A stretch of DNA of 64,000 nt from Planctomycetota bacterium (lineage in GTDB: Bacteria > Planctomycetota > B15-G4). The translations under genes were made by a program, and so were the position numbers. Positions 43,474 to 58,075 of the stretch are shown piece after piece (the stretch's first letter is position 1; the number at the start of each line of letters is the position of its first letter). The notes under the pieces were generated by a model that had not been told where the DNA came from, ran no database searches, and worked only from the letters and a program-made list of their open reading frames with translations. The stretch lies in the NCBI GenBank assembly GCA_029259695.1, contig JAJDEQ010000102.1, forward strand, positions 174,162 to 238,161, read 5' to 3'.

Positions 43474-44760
43474 TCATGGCGTGATCAAGCCGAGCAGGGT
43501 GCGTCCGCCGATCACCGCGAACAGCAGCAGGGTGGCGACGAGCAGCAGGTTGGTGAACCACCCGTTGCGGAAGTCACGGCCCACCAGGCGCTCGCGGTTG
43601 TTGAGCACCAACAACGTCACTGCCAGGAGCGGCATGAACAGGGCGCCGCACACCGCGTAGCCGAGTTGCACCGTGCGGACGCTGCCACCGAGCAGCAGCA
43701 GGGGCAGCAGGGTGAGGCCCCACTGGAAGCGGCGGTAGGCGGGCGACGTGGTGAGCGCTGCGGCGGTCGGGCTCGTCGACCGGTCGCGACGCCGTCGGCC
43801 GAGGGCCGCGAAGTCGGCGAAGAGGTAGGGCACGCCCTGCCACACGCCCAGCAGGCTCGAGAAGACCGCGCACCAGAAGCCGACCAGGAACACGACGCGC
43901 CCCCACGGGCCCACGGCCTGGGCGAGTTGGTCGCCGAGTTCGAGCGCCACCCGGCTGCCCTGCTCGCCGAGCTGGACCCGGGAGCCCACCGCGATCATGG
44001 CCACGCCGAACAGACCCGTGAGCAGGTAGCAGACGGCGAGGTCGATGCGGCAGGCCCGCACCCCGGCCGCGCCCGAGCGACCGTGCTCGGCGATCCAGTA
44101 GCCGTAGGACAACACGGTCACGGTGCCGCCCACGCCGCCCAGGACGCCCAGCACGAGGCCGCTGTCGGCGTCGGGCAGGGCCGGACGCAGCACCGCCCGG
44201 GCCAGGCTCCCCAGGTCGGGCGTGACCGCGATGGCCGTGCCCAGCACCAGCGCGAACATGACCGCGACGGCGATCGACATGAGCGTCTCGAAGCGCGCGA
44301 AGTTGCCGAGCCGGACGAGGGCCAGGCCCGCCAGTGCGTGCACCACGCCCCAGGTCGCCCGGGAGCCGGTTGCATCGAACAGCGCGGGCCAATACGCGTC
44401 CAGCGGTGCCAGGCTGGAAGCGGCCAGGCCGCACGCGTTCACCAACGCGCCGCCGGTGACGAACGCCCACAACACGAGGTAGACGCCGAACGTCCAGCGC
44501 AGCGCGGGACCGAAGTGTGCGTTCCAGCCCTCGAGCAGCGTCGTGTTCGTCGCCAGTTGCCAGCGCGCGAGGCCCTCGTTGAGCGTCCACTTGAGCAGCG
44601 CGCCCGCGAGCGGGACCCAGGCGATCGACAGTCCCAGGGCCGCCCCGGCGAGCGTCGGTGTGATCAGGTCTCCGGCGCCGACGCCGGTGGCCGCCACGAG
44701 CAGCCCGGGGCCGACGAGCGCCAGCGGGCCTCTGCGCCGGGGTGTGTCGCCGTCCGTCAC
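43474..44760 (-). CDS. Nramp-family divalent metal cation transporter
   Basis: GPGLLVAATGVGAGDL near the N-terminus and about 11 TM helices. GTG start at 44760. Confidence 0.85.
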   Translation of the reverse strand: MTDGDTPRRRGPLALVGPGLLVAATGVGAGDLITPTLAGAALGLSIAWVPLAGALLKWTLNEGLARWQLATNTTLLEGWNAHFGPALRWTFGVYLVLWAFVTGGALVNACGLAASSLAPLDAYWPALFDATGSRATWGVVHALAGLALVRLGNFARFETLMSIAVAVMFALVLGTAIAVTPDLGSLARAVLRPALPDADSGLVLGVLGGVGGTVTVLSYGYWIAEHGRSGAAGVRACRIDLAVCYLLTGLFGVAMIAVGSRVQLGEQGSRVALELGDQLAQAVGPWGRVVFLVGFWCAVFSSLLGVWQGVPYLFADFAALGRRRRDRSTSPTAAALTTSPAYRRFQWGLTLLPLLLLGGSVRTVQLGYAVCGALFMPLLAVTLLVLNNRERLVGRDFRNGWFTNLLLVATLLLFAVIGGRTLLGLITP

Positions 44761-44902
44761 GCTGGGGCAGTTCGTGTCACGACGTCTCGGGACTCCTCGG
44801 CGAGGTGCCGGCCGGCCAGGAGCTGCGAGCGTAGGGGATGGGTGTGACCGGGACCAGCGACGTGCGTCGCCGTCGCGGCCGTGTCGCTCTCGCGGGCCCC
44901 GC

Positions 44903-46791
<1,889 letters not shown>

Positions 46792-46795
<4 letters not shown>

Positions 46796-48561
46796 AGCGC
46801 TTCGATCTCCTCCTCGATGCGCTGGCGCTCCTCGATGTCGGCGTACAGTCCGCCGTGTGCGACGAGTTCGTCGTGGGTGCCCTGCTCCACGACGCGACCC
46901 TCGTCGAGCACGACGATGCGGTCGGCGAGGGAGAGCGCCGCGACCCGGTGGCTGACGATGATCGCCGTGCGCCCCTGGAGCCGTTGGCGCAGGCCACCCA
47001 GGATCGCGCGCTCGGTCACCGAGTCCACGGCCGAGAGGCAGTCGTCCAGCACGAGCACCGGCGGGTCGGCGGCGAGCGTGCGCGCGATGGCGGTGCGTTG
47101 GCGCTGGCCGCCGGAGAGCGTCACCCCGCGTTCGCCGAGCAGTTGCTCGTAGCCGTCGGGGAAGTCGGTGATGTCCTTGTCGACCTGGGCGATGGCGGCC
47201 ACCGTCTCCACGTCGTCGGCTCCGATGTGGTCGCCGGCGAAGGCGATGTTCTCGCGGATCGTCTCGCTGAACAGGAACGTGTCCTGGGGCACGACGCCCA
47301 TGGTGCGGCGCAGGTGATCGAAGGACAGGGCGCGGATGTCGTGACCGTCGAGCAGCACCGTGCCCGCGGGGGGCTCCACCTGTCGCGAGAGCAGTTGCAC
47401 GAGGGTGCTCTTGCCGCACCCGGTCCGCCCGGTGATGCCCAGCGTGCTGCCGGCGGGGACGTGGAAGGACACGTCCTCGAGCACAGGCGTGTCGTTCCAG
47501 GCGAAGGACAGCCCCCTGACCTCCAGATCGCCGGTGACGTGCTCGGGCGCGAGCGCGTCGCCCGCCTCCATCACGGACGGCCTCAGGTCGAACAGTTCGT
47601 CGAGGCGCTCCGCGCCGGTGCGGGCACGCGTGTAGAGACCCAGCATCCAACCGATGGCGATCAGCGGCCAGAGCGCGATGTCGAGGCACTCCTTGAACAC
47701 CAGGAAGTCGCCGAGCTGGAGCTGACCCTGCACCAGGCGCCAGCCGCCGATGCCCAACACGATCAGCACGCCGACTTCCTTCATGGTCAGGATCGTGGCG
47801 GAGGTCATGCCGCGCAGGGTGGCCAGCTTCACGTTGGCGTGCAGGAAGGCCTGGCCCATGCGCTTGAAGTCGTTGCCGGCGATGCCTTCGGTGGCGAAGG
47901 CCTTGACCACGCGGATCCCCGAGAAGGACTCCTGGGCCACTGTCGACAGCTCGGCCAGGCGCTCGGCCGACTCGGTGCTCCAGTGCTGGGTGGGCTTCGC
48001 TGCGACCTTGACCACCAGGGCCAGGCCGATGAACGGCACGAGCATGGCCGAGGCCACGATCGGGTCCTTCATGAACATGATCACGAGCACGGCCGGGACC
48101 AGCAGGGCCGCCCGCGCCACGTACATGACCGACGGGCCCAGCAGCATGCGCACGGCTTCGATGTCGGCCACCGCGCGGGACATCACGTCGCCGGTGCGGA
48201 TGTGCGCCACGTCCTGGGGCGAGAGGCTCATGAAGTGCGCGAAGAGGTCGCGCCGGTAGATCCGCTCGAATTCACGGGACGCGCCGGTGATGTACCAGCG
48301 CATGCCGAACTTGAGTGCGCTGGACGCGAGCATGGAGGCCACGAACACGCCGGTCCAGACCAGCACCTGCTCGAAGGTCATGCGGTCGGCTGCGTTCTCG
48401 GCCGTGACGCCGTTGACGATGTGACCCACGATGAGCAGGTTGCAGATCGCGAGGGCGTTCTCGGGGATCAGACAGGCGATGCCCTTGAGCCAGCGCGTGC
48501 GGACCGCCGGGAAGTAGCTCAGTCCGCGCGCGAACGACTTCGTGAAGCCCCTGAGCGCCAC
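46792..48561 (-). CDS. ABC transporter permease/ATP-binding protein (exporter half-transporter)
   Basis: Walker A GRTGCGKSTL, signature LSGGQRQRTAIARTL, Walker B VLVLDDCLS. The GTG start at 48561 is 6 nt after the stop of the upstream radical SAM gene. Confidence 0.9.
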
Positions 48562-48567
48562 CCTCGC

Positions 48568-50592
<2,025 letters not shown>

Positions 50593-50671
50593 CGCCGTGG
50601 CCGTGGGGGTGGCCGACCGTGTGCGCTGGTCGGGTGTGGGACGCGGATCGGTGCGACGCGGTGCGTCGTGG

Positions 50672-52129
50672 TCAACCGGGTTCGTCTCGGTCGCCTTCGA
50701 CAGGGTCGGGGGCGATCGGGTTGCTGTCGAGTCCGAGCGACTCCAGGAGGTCGGCGGGGATGTCGTTCCAGTCGGGCGCATCGGTGCCGGAGGGCCCGCT
50801 CGGCGCGGGTTCATCGCCGTCATCACCGCCGGCGAGCCAGCAGGGCGAGAGGCTCGTGAAGCGGCGACGATAGGGGTACTGCTCTTCGTTGCCCAGCACC
50901 AAATCAGCACGAAGCCGCGCGTAATAGCCCTCGAATTCGGCGCGCGCTCGTCCTCCGTCGTCGGGCAACTGATGCACGAGCGCGTACACCTCGGCGCCGA
51001 TCTCGTCGGCCGGTCGCGGATCGCTCGGGACCTCGCGCATGTCGCCGCCGGCGGGGTCGATCGCGTAGCGCGTTTCCCACGGCAGCAGGGCCCGCCGGGC
51101 GAGCACGCCGACGACCTCCGGGCACACCGGCGCGTCGCGCTCCCAGTCCAGGTTGAGCGAGAAGAGGCGGATCTCGCTGGTGTTGCGTGCCAGGCCGGCG
51201 ACCAAAGGGCCGAACTCGGCGGCGTTGCTGGCGACGAGCAGGCACGAGCGTTCGCCGCGCTCGACCAGTTCGGGCACCCAGGGCACGTCGAGCAGTCGCG
51301 CGAGGCAGGCGGCGAGCGGCGCCGAGGTCTCCGATGCGGCGGCGACCACGTCGTGCCGGAGTCCGGACGTCTGCAGCAGGTCGACCAGGCGCTGCAAGAG
51401 GAAGGCGACCATGTCGGGCTTGAGGTCGAGCATGTCGAAGCGCCCCGCCCGGCTGCCGTCCTCGAAGTAGCCACCGGCCGTCTTGAGGATCACCCCGGCG
51501 TGCTGGATGAAGTGCCACTCACGCAGTTCGAGGTCGTTGAGGGAGTCCCAGCGCCGGCTGCGGCCCAGCAGGGCGTGGAGTGCGTCGATGCGTTCGCGTT
51601 GTGCGTCGTCGGCGACCATGTCCTCGCAGCGGTCGAGGAATTCCTGGCACAGCGGGCGCCGTCGAGCGTAGAGCGCCGCTTCTGCCTGGAGCAGGTGGAC
51701 TTCGAGGCGTTCGGTCTCCGAGAGATCCGGGTCGTCCTGCAGCGGTGCGAGGGCCGCCAGGCAGGGTTCGAAGTCGCGGTTCTGGAGCCGCGCGTAGGCG
51801 AGCTCGCGGCGGATATCGGTGTCGGCGGGCTCGTTGCGCAGGCATTGCTCGAGCATCGCGGCGCCCACGTCCGGCCGGGCCTGCTCCACCATGCGGTAGG
51901 CCAGCTGGAACAGGGGCGCGGCGGAGCCGGGTTCCGCGACGACGGCCTCGAACAGGTCGGCGTCGGACGTCGAGCCCAGCATGCGGCAGATGCGGCCGGC
52001 GGCCTCCAGGGCACCGGGGTGCACAGGATCGAGGGAGAGCGTGTCCAGCAAGGCGACCAGCGCCGCGCGCACGTGGCCCTGGCGGACGAGGTCGACCGAG
52101 TTCTGATAGAGGTCCTGTGCGGTGGGCAA
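50672..52129 (-). CDS. Hypothetical protein, helical-repeat (TPR-like) N-terminus and acidic C-terminal tail
   Basis: GC3-rich frame. The start is uncertain. I favour TTG at 52129 (AGGAA 8 nt upstream), because the in-frame ATG at 52312 would overlap the divergent parA-like start codon. Confidence 0.6.
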   Translation of the reverse strand: MPTAQDLYQNSVDLVRQGHVRAALVALLDTLSLDPVHPGALEAAGRICRMLGSTSDADLFEAVVAEPGSAAPLFQLAYRMVEQARPDVGAAMLEQCLRNEPADTDIRRELAYARLQNRDFEPCLAALAPLQDDPDLSETERLEVHLLQAEAALYARRRPLCQEFLDRCEDMVADDAQRERIDALHALLGRSRRWDSLNDLELREWHFIQHAGVILKTAGGYFEDGSRAGRFDMLDLKPDMVAFLLQRLVDLLQTSGLRHDVVAAASETSAPLAACLARLLDVPWVPELVERGERSCLLVASNAAEFGPLVAGLARNTSEIRLFSLNLDWERDAPVCPEVVGVLARRALLPWETRYAIDPAGGDMREVPSDPRPADEIGAEVYALVHQLPDDGGRARAEFEGYYARLRADLVLGNEEQYPYRRRFTSLSPCWLAGGDDGDEPAPSGPSGTDAPDWNDIPADLLESLGLDSNPIAPDPVEGDRDEPG

Positions 52130-52310
52130 GAGGAGCGTTCCTGGGAAGCGGGACGACGCGCCGGCCCGGGCTCGGCGCCCATGGGGGCGGCCACTGCTGG
52201 CCCACCTGGGCCGGTGGCCTGCGAGCTCGCGCGGCGAGATGGGAGATTCTAGCGAACCGGGGCGGTACGCTGGCGCGGACCCCTGAGAGCCGGTTCCGGC
52301 AGAGACAGCC

Positions 52311-53453
52311 ATGCGACGCATCGCGGTCACCAACCAGAAGGGTGGTGTCGGCAAGACGACGACGACGGTGAACCTGGGTGCGGCTCTCGCGCACCTGGGC
52401 CAGCGTGTCCTCGTGTGCGATTTCGACCCCCAGTGCAACCTCACGGTCCACCTCGACGTGGATCCGGCGTCCGAGGCTCCCAATCTCTACGACCTGCTGC
52501 ACGGTCGGGCGAGTCTGAGCGAGGTCGCCCTGGCCACCGAGCACGAGCGGCTCTGGGTGGCGCCGGCGGGGGTGGACCTGGCCGGCGTTGAGCTCGAACT
52601 GGCCAACGAAGTGGGGCGCGAGACGATCCTGGGCCGGGCCCTCGACGCCGACGCGGCGCAGGGCGGCGAGTCCTACGACATCCTGCTCGTCGACTGTCCC
52701 CCGAGCCTGGGGCTGCTCTCGCTCAACGCCTTGGTGGCGTGCGAGGAGGTGCTCGTGCCGATCCAGGCCGAGTTCTTCGCGCTCCAGGGGTTGGGCAAGC
52801 TGCTCGAGGTGGTGGGCCTGGTGCAGCAGCGCTTGAACCCCAAGCTGCGCATCTCGTGCCTCGTGTCCTGCCGCTACGATCCCAGCACGAACCTGAGCCG
52901 GGCGGTCATCGCGGACGTGCGCGAGCACTTCGGCGAGATCCTGGCCGAGACGGTCATCCGTCGCAACGTGAAGCTCGCCGAGGCACCCAGCCACGGCAAG
53001 ACGATCTTCGCGTACGCGCCCGACTCCCGCGGTGCCCAGGACTACCTGTCGCTGGCCCGGGAGCTGTTGGGAGCGGTGGCCGGCGCAGCACCGCAACCGA
53101 CCCCGGCCACGACGAAAGGCCCCGAGACCACCGAGGAGCGTCCCACCGAAGACGGCGCGGAGAAGGCCGAGGCGGTCCAGGAGGTTCCCGGCGCTGGTGC
53201 GAACGGCGCGGCCCGTCCCGAGTCGAAGGGCGCCCCGGCTGCGGCGCCGGCGGCAGAGCCCGAGGCGAAGGCAGAGCCCGAGGCTGCGTCCCACGGCCGG
53301 CGGACGCGATCGGCCGCGGCCACGCGGTCTTCGACCAGACGGCCTTCCTCGTCAGCGAGCGCGGACCGGGCCGCGGCGGACGCGCCGGTCGCCCAGGCCT
53401 CGGCTCCCAAGGGGGCTGAGGCGGAAGAATCGGGTGAGGCCTCCGGAGGCTGA
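52311..53453 (+). CDS. ParA/Soj-family ATPase with a low-complexity C-terminal tail of about 125 aa
   Basis: Deviant Walker A in MRRIAVTNQKGGVGKTTTTVNLG, plus ILLVDCPPSLG. The tail is rich in A, P, E and S. No parB follows it. Confidence 0.9.
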   Translation: MRRIAVTNQKGGVGKTTTTVNLGAALAHLGQRVLVCDFDPQCNLTVHLDVDPASEAPNLYDLLHGRASLSEVALATEHERLWVAPAGVDLAGVELELANEVGRETILGRALDADAAQGGESYDILLVDCPPSLGLLSLNALVACEEVLVPIQAEFFALQGLGKLLEVVGLVQQRLNPKLRISCLVSCRYDPSTNLSRAVIADVREHFGEILAETVIRRNVKLAEAPSHGKTIFAYAPDSRGAQDYLSLARELLGAVAGAAPQPTPATTKGPETTEERPTEDGAEKAEAVQEVPGAGANGAARPESKGAPAAAPAAEPEAKAEPEAASHGRRTRSAAATRSSTRRPSSSASADRAAADAPVAQASAPKGAEAEESGEASGG

Positions 53454-53623
53454 GGCCCGACCGGCGATCCCGGCGGGTGCCGGGCTCGCCGTTGCACCCG
53501 CCGTCCCAATGACTGGGCCGCTGCGCTTCGATATAAGAGGTGGTTCGGATGGGGCGGCCAAGCGGCGTGCGCGCGGATGCGTACGGCGTCGGCCGGTCCG
53601 CTTCCCATCGCCTGGAGTCGAGC

Positions 53624-54676
53624 ATGGCCTCGCAACTCGGAGAACGCCTGCTGCGCGCGGACATGAGCCCCTGGGGCTTCGTGCTCCGGCTGGTCCTGCT
53701 GCCCTTCTCCCTGCTCTACCAGCTCGGTGTGAACGTGCGCAACGCGCTCTACGACACCGGGCTGATCAAGACCGAGACGGTCGGCGTGCCCGTGGTCTCG
53801 GTGGGCAACCTCACCGTGGGCGGCACCGGCAAGACGCCGCTCGTCATCCATCTCGCGCGGGCGGCCGCCGCGCAGGGCCGCAAGGTCGCTGTCGTCACGC
53901 GCGGCTACGGCGCGGTGGCGGACGACGAGGGCCGCGGGGACGAGGCGGCGCTGATCGCCTCCCGTTGCCCGGAGGTCGACGTGGTCGTGTCGCCCAACAA
54001 GGTGCTCGGCACGCGTCAGGCCCTCGAGCGCGGCGCCGACCTGGTGATCCTCGACGACGGCATGCAGCACCGCCGGCTCCACCGGGACCTGGAGATCTGC
54101 GTGGTGGATGGACGGGCGCCCTACGGCAACGGTGACCTGCTGCCCACGGGAACCCTGCGCGAGTCACCCAGCGGGCTCGGACGGGCCGACGTCGTCGTCG
54201 TGACGCACCACGACACGCTGGAGCCGGACGATCTCCAGGTGCTCGAGCAGCACTTGCGCGCTGCACGCTTCGATCTGCCGATCATCTACGCAACCCATCG
54301 GCCCCGCGCCGTGCGACCGGTGGGTGGCGGCGAGGAGCAGTCGCCGCAGGTCCTGGCGGGGATGGACGTGTTCTTGTTCTGCGGGATCGCGTCGCCCGAG
54401 GGCTTCCGGCAGACGGTGGAGAGCCTGGGGGCCGAGGTGGCAGGTGTGATGGGATTCGGTGATCACCACGCGTTCACCGGCGCCGACCTGGCCGAGGTGC
54501 GCTCCGTTGCGCGCACGAGCCGGTTGCTCTGCACCGAGAAGGACGCGGCCAAGGTCGCACGCATCCCCGGCAACCAGGACGTGCTCTGCCTCACGGTTGA
54601 CATGGAACTGCTGGGTGAGTTGCCGCCGTTCCCCGTGCGTGCCGATCCCGCCCCCGCGGACCACGACCACCACTGA
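53624..54676 (+). CDS. lpxK: Tetraacyldisaccharide 4'-kinase
   Basis: VVSVGNLTVGGTGKTPLVIHLA P-loop, AVVTRGYG and ILDDGMQH. ATG at 53624. Confidence 0.9.
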   Translation: MASQLGERLLRADMSPWGFVLRLVLLPFSLLYQLGVNVRNALYDTGLIKTETVGVPVVSVGNLTVGGTGKTPLVIHLARAAAAQGRKVAVVTRGYGAVADDEGRGDEAALIASRCPEVDVVVSPNKVLGTRQALERGADLVILDDGMQHRRLHRDLEICVVDGRAPYGNGDLLPTGTLRESPSGLGRADVVVVTHHDTLEPDDLQVLEQHLRAARFDLPIIYATHRPRAVRPVGGGEEQSPQVLAGMDVFLFCGIASPEGFRQTVESLGAEVAGVMGFGDHHAFTGADLAEVRSVARTSRLLCTEKDAAKVARIPGNQDVLCLTVDMELLGELPPFPVRADPAPADHDHH

Positions 54677-54771
54677 GCGGCTGGCGCGTTCGCACGCTCT
54701 CCCGGCGACCGCCGTTGCTTCGTAGCGCGTCGGCGTCGAGGGCCGGCCTGACGGTTCAGGTCGGCGCGCCG

Positions 54772-56382
54772 TCAGGGAGACGAGGCGTTGATGCCGCCGA
54801 AGTGGTGGGCGAGCACGGCGGTGAGGCTGTCCGGTCCGTTCGCCGCGGTGAGCACGTCCAGCGTCTGCTGCACCGAGCGTTCGGCGGCGTGTTCGGCAGA
54901 ACGCCCCGCGGCCTTCGTGACCTCGGTGGCGATCGGCACCGTGAGCGCCTCGCCGGTGTTCACGTCGACCAGCTTGACCCCGCCCGTGGTGTGGTACCAG
55001 TAGAGCCGGAACGGCTGGGGCTGGCTCGACGCGGGCACGTCGGTGCGCGAGCTGAAGAAGCACATCGTGTCGATCAACAGCACGAAGTCGGCACGGCCCT
55101 GGAGAGCCGCGAGCGCGTCGGGCGTGAGGCCGTCGGCCAGCGGGGTCGTGAGACCGCGACGCTCCATGAACGGCGTGACGTGCGTGCCGGGGATCACCGC
55201 GAAGCCCAGGCGGGCCATCAGGCCCTCGATCGGGACCCGGAGCGGTGAGGGCGAGACCTCGCGGCCGGCGTTGGTCGCGCTGCGGTCATGGGCCAGGCGG
55301 TGGCGCGCGACGACCGCCACGCGACTGTCGCTGGGCGAGGGGAAGGACAGTGGGGCCTCGGCTGCGTTCCAGGTGGAGCCGTCGGCGGCCACGACGACGA
55401 AGTGCGGCGGGGTGATGCGGCTGGCAGGGGCTCCGAGGCGCAGGGCGGCTCGGCCGTCGGCTGCGGTGCGCGTGATCTCGGGGGTGCCGGTGCCGACCTG
55501 CAGGCCGAGCGGGAGGCCCGCGAGGGGCTGCCCGTCCCACAGCACCTGCACGCGGACGGGTTCGATGTGACCGGCGAGGGAGACATCGAGCGGCCCGTTC
55601 TCCACGTCGAGCACGAGCCGGCGACGCATCTCCTCCAGGGCCGTGCCCAGCTGGTTGCGCAACGACCCGTAGTCGTTGAGCAGGAAGCGCCCGGCGCCCG
55701 AACTGGGGCGCAGGCCCACGATGAAGGGCAGCACGGCCTGCGGTTCGTCGAGGGCGCTCCAGCCCCGGGTGGCGGCGACCAGGCCGTCGACCACCGCATC
55801 GCCGGCCGCGCTTCCGTCGAGTCCGCCGGTGAGGGAGCCGCCGCTCAGCGCCAGGCGCCCCAGGCGCAGGCCGGCCCGGGCCACGTCGAGGGAGTTGCGG
55901 GCGTCGGTGGCGTAGACCTCGGCCAGGTCGTTGCGGTCGAGGGCCGCCCGGGCGTAGGTGAGCGTGCCGTCAGGCGTGTTCGCCGTCGCCACGTCGTAGC
56001 GCGCGCCGAGCACCTGGGCGTTGGCGGTGATGCGCACGAGCCGCTCGCGCTGGTCCTCGGTGGCCACGACTTCTTCGTAGTTGCCGTCGTCGAGGGTCAG
56101 CAGCGCGCGCTCGCTGGTGGTGAGCTCGGCTTCAGACGACACGTCGGCGATGATCTGTTCCACCAGGCGGCCGAGCGCCTTGCTCTTGGCGGCCGCGGAT
56201 GCTTCGGGGCCGGAGCCGCGCTGACTGGCGATGCCGACCAGGACGCGGTTCGCGTCGAGACCGGCGGTCTCGTCCCGGGCCCAGATGGGTGGGGCGTCGT
56301 CCACGACGGTGGCCGTGGACCCGCAGCCCGTGCCCGAGATGCCGAGGGCGACGAGCAGGAGCAGAACGAGTCGGTGCATCAC
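54772..56382 (-). CDS. Lipoprotein of unknown function (LPP20-like N-terminal segment)
   Basis: Lipobox-type signal in MMHRLVLLLLVALGISGTGC. GC3-rich frame. Confidence 0.75.
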   Translation of the reverse strand: MMHRLVLLLLVALGISGTGCGSTATVVDDAPPIWARDETAGLDANRVLVGIASQRGSGPEASAAAKSKALGRLVEQIIADVSSEAELTTSERALLTLDDGNYEEVVATEDQRERLVRITANAQVLGARYDVATANTPDGTLTYARAALDRNDLAEVYATDARNSLDVARAGLRLGRLALSGGSLTGGLDGSAAGDAVVDGLVAATRGWSALDEPQAVLPFIVGLRPSSGAGRFLLNDYGSLRNQLGTALEEMRRRLVLDVENGPLDVSLAGHIEPVRVQVLWDGQPLAGLPLGLQVGTGTPEITRTAADGRAALRLGAPASRITPPHFVVVAADGSTWNAAEAPLSFPSPSDSRVAVVARHRLAHDRSATNAGREVSPSPLRVPIEGLMARLGFAVIPGTHVTPFMERRGLTTPLADGLTPDALAALQGRADFVLLIDTMCFFSSRTDVPASSQPQPFRLYWYHTTGGVKLVDVNTGEALTVPIATEVTKAAGRSAEHAAERSVQQTLDVLTAANGPDSLTAVLAHHFGGINASSP

Positions 56383-56470
56383 GGGTGTTCCCCGAGGAGT
56401 GCGAGGCCACGACGGATGTCGAGCTCGCGAACCAGGGCCTTATAGTAGCCGCCGTCCCGGTGGAGACGTG

Positions 56471-58075
56471 ATGACGGCCTCGACAGGTCACAGGGCCCGA
56501 GACGGCTCGGCGGGTTCGGAAACGGGTCGGCGCGTGGGTGCCGTGCTCGTGGGGCTCGCGCTGCTTCTCGCGGCGGCGAGCCTGTCGAGGACGCTCGATG
56601 GGCCGTGGCAACGGTCATGGTTGGGTCACAATGGGGCCCGCTACGCGCACATCGCGCGCAACCATGCGCGGCACGGATTGCTGCACCTGCGGGGCGCCCC
56701 GTTGCTCGATGCCGGGCGGCACGACCCCGCCCGTCCCGATGTCTACGCGCACCACCCGCCGGGGCTGGGCATGGCGCTGGCGCTCGTCTCGTCGGGTGAC
56801 GCGGGGCCGGACGAACGCACATGCCGGTTGTTCGCCATCGCGTCGACGCTCCTCGGGCTGCTGCTGTTCGCATCCCTGGTCGGCGCGGTGGCCGGTCCGC
56901 TCACGGCTGGGGTGGCGACGCTGGTGACGGCGAGCATGCCGATGGTCTCGGTCTACGGGGCGCACGTGGACGTGCAGGGTCCCCCTGTGCTCTGCCTCTC
57001 GCTGGCCGTCGTGTGGAGCTACCGCCGCTGGTTGGCGGGGGGCGCGCTGTGGCCCTTCGTGCTCGCTGCGGTGGGCGCTTCGAGCTTCGACTGGTACGGA
57101 CTGTATGCACCGGCCGCCTGTGCGCTGCACCTCTTCGCGACCAGGCCCGCCCGGCGACGGACGGCATGGCTCTGGGCGCTGGGGACCGGCGTGCTCTTCG
57201 CGGCGTGGCTCGGCTGGCTGGTGAGCTTGCCGACGATGAGCTTCGGCCGGCTGCTGGGGGCCGCCGGGGTACGGGGCGTCGGTGCGTTGCTGGCCAGCGA
57301 GGCCTCGGTCACCGCCGGCGTGGCGACGTGGCTGGGGGAGACGACCGACCTGATGCCGGCCTGGCCCGTGCTGCTGCTGCTGGCGCTGTCCCTGATGCTG
57401 TCCCGGAGGACCGCGGAGATGCACCGCGTGGGACCGGCGAGCCCCGAACTCGGAAGCCGAGAGCGGGGGGACCCGGGATTGGGAGTGCGCGGGCTGCTGG
57501 CGCTCCTGATGCTGCCCCCCGTGGTCCACGGGTTGATCTTCCCTGCGGGCATGCTGGTCCACGACTACTGGCTCTTCGGGCTGCCCTGCGGACTGGGGCT
57601 GGCGGTTGCCGTCGGGTTGCGCCCTCTGCGCCCCTTCCTGACGGCCCTGGCGCTGGTGGTCTTCCTGGTTGCCGGTGAGTCGGCCGCCGGCCAGGTACTC
57701 GACCCGGCCCGCAGCGACGCCATTCCCGCCGCCGTCGGGGCCGCCCTGGCGCGGGAGACAGGGCCGGAGGACGTCGTGCTGACCAACTACGACGTCAACC
57801 CGATCCACCCGGAGGTCCCGGCGGGCTACGTGCTCAAGTACCCGGAAGTCACCTACTACTCCGATCGCCTGGTGCGCGGGAGCATCGACAGCGTGTCGGC
57901 CCTGGATGAGGTGGCCCTGGTGCGCTACCCCGCGGCACGCTGGTTCCTGCTCATGCCGCCTGGGGGGCCCCGGGCGGGGGACCATCCGCAGCTCCGGGCC
58001 GCGCTCGAGCGCTCAGGCGCCCCCAGGCAGCTCAGCGGTGAGCCCGAGGTCTGGCTCTACCGTCTCGGCCAGTGA
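56471..58075 (+). CDS. GT39/ArnT-like glycosyltransferase (dolichyl/undecaprenyl-phosphate-sugar dependent), polytopic membrane protein
   Basis: ATG at 56471. LGHNGARYAHIARNHARHG ... YAHHPPGLGMALAL, followed by about 10 TM helices. Confidence 0.75.
   Translation: MTASTGHRARDGSAGSETGRRVGAVLVGLALLLAAASLSRTLDGPWQRSWLGHNGARYAHIARNHARHGLLHLRGAPLLDAGRHDPARPDVYAHHPPGLGMALALVSSGDAGPDERTCRLFAIASTLLGLLLFASLVGAVAGPLTAGVATLVTASMPMVSVYGAHVDVQGPPVLCLSLAVVWSYRRWLAGGALWPFVLAAVGASSFDWYGLYAPAACALHLFATRPARRRTAWLWALGTGVLFAAWLGWLVSLPTMSFGRLLGAAGVRGVGALLASEASVTAGVATWLGETTDLMPAWPVLLLLALSLMLSRRTAEMHRVGPASPELGSRERGDPGLGVRGLLALLMLPPVVHGLIFPAGMLVHDYWLFGLPCGLGLAVAVGLRPLRPFLTALALVVFLVAGESAAGQVLDPARSDAIPAAVGAALARETGPEDVVLTNYDVNPIHPEVPAGYVLKYPEVTYYSDRLVRGSIDSVSALDEVALVRYPAARWFLLMPPGGPRAGDHPQLRAALERSGAPRQLSGEPEVWLYRLGQ

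Noticed and set aside
44761-44902. Manganese (yybP-ykoY) riboswitch upstream of the Nramp gene
   Set aside because: I found no conserved riboswitch core motifs in the 142-nt leader, only small GC hairpins that are better explained as the terminator of the upstream ABC gene.
52130-52483. Longer versions of the minus-strand hypothetical gene (ATG at 52312 or the track start at 52483)
   Set aside because: They would overlap the start codon and the first 170 nt of the well-supported ParA-like gene on the other strand. The extension is Arg/Pro/Ala-rich and featureless. The exact start remains uncertain.
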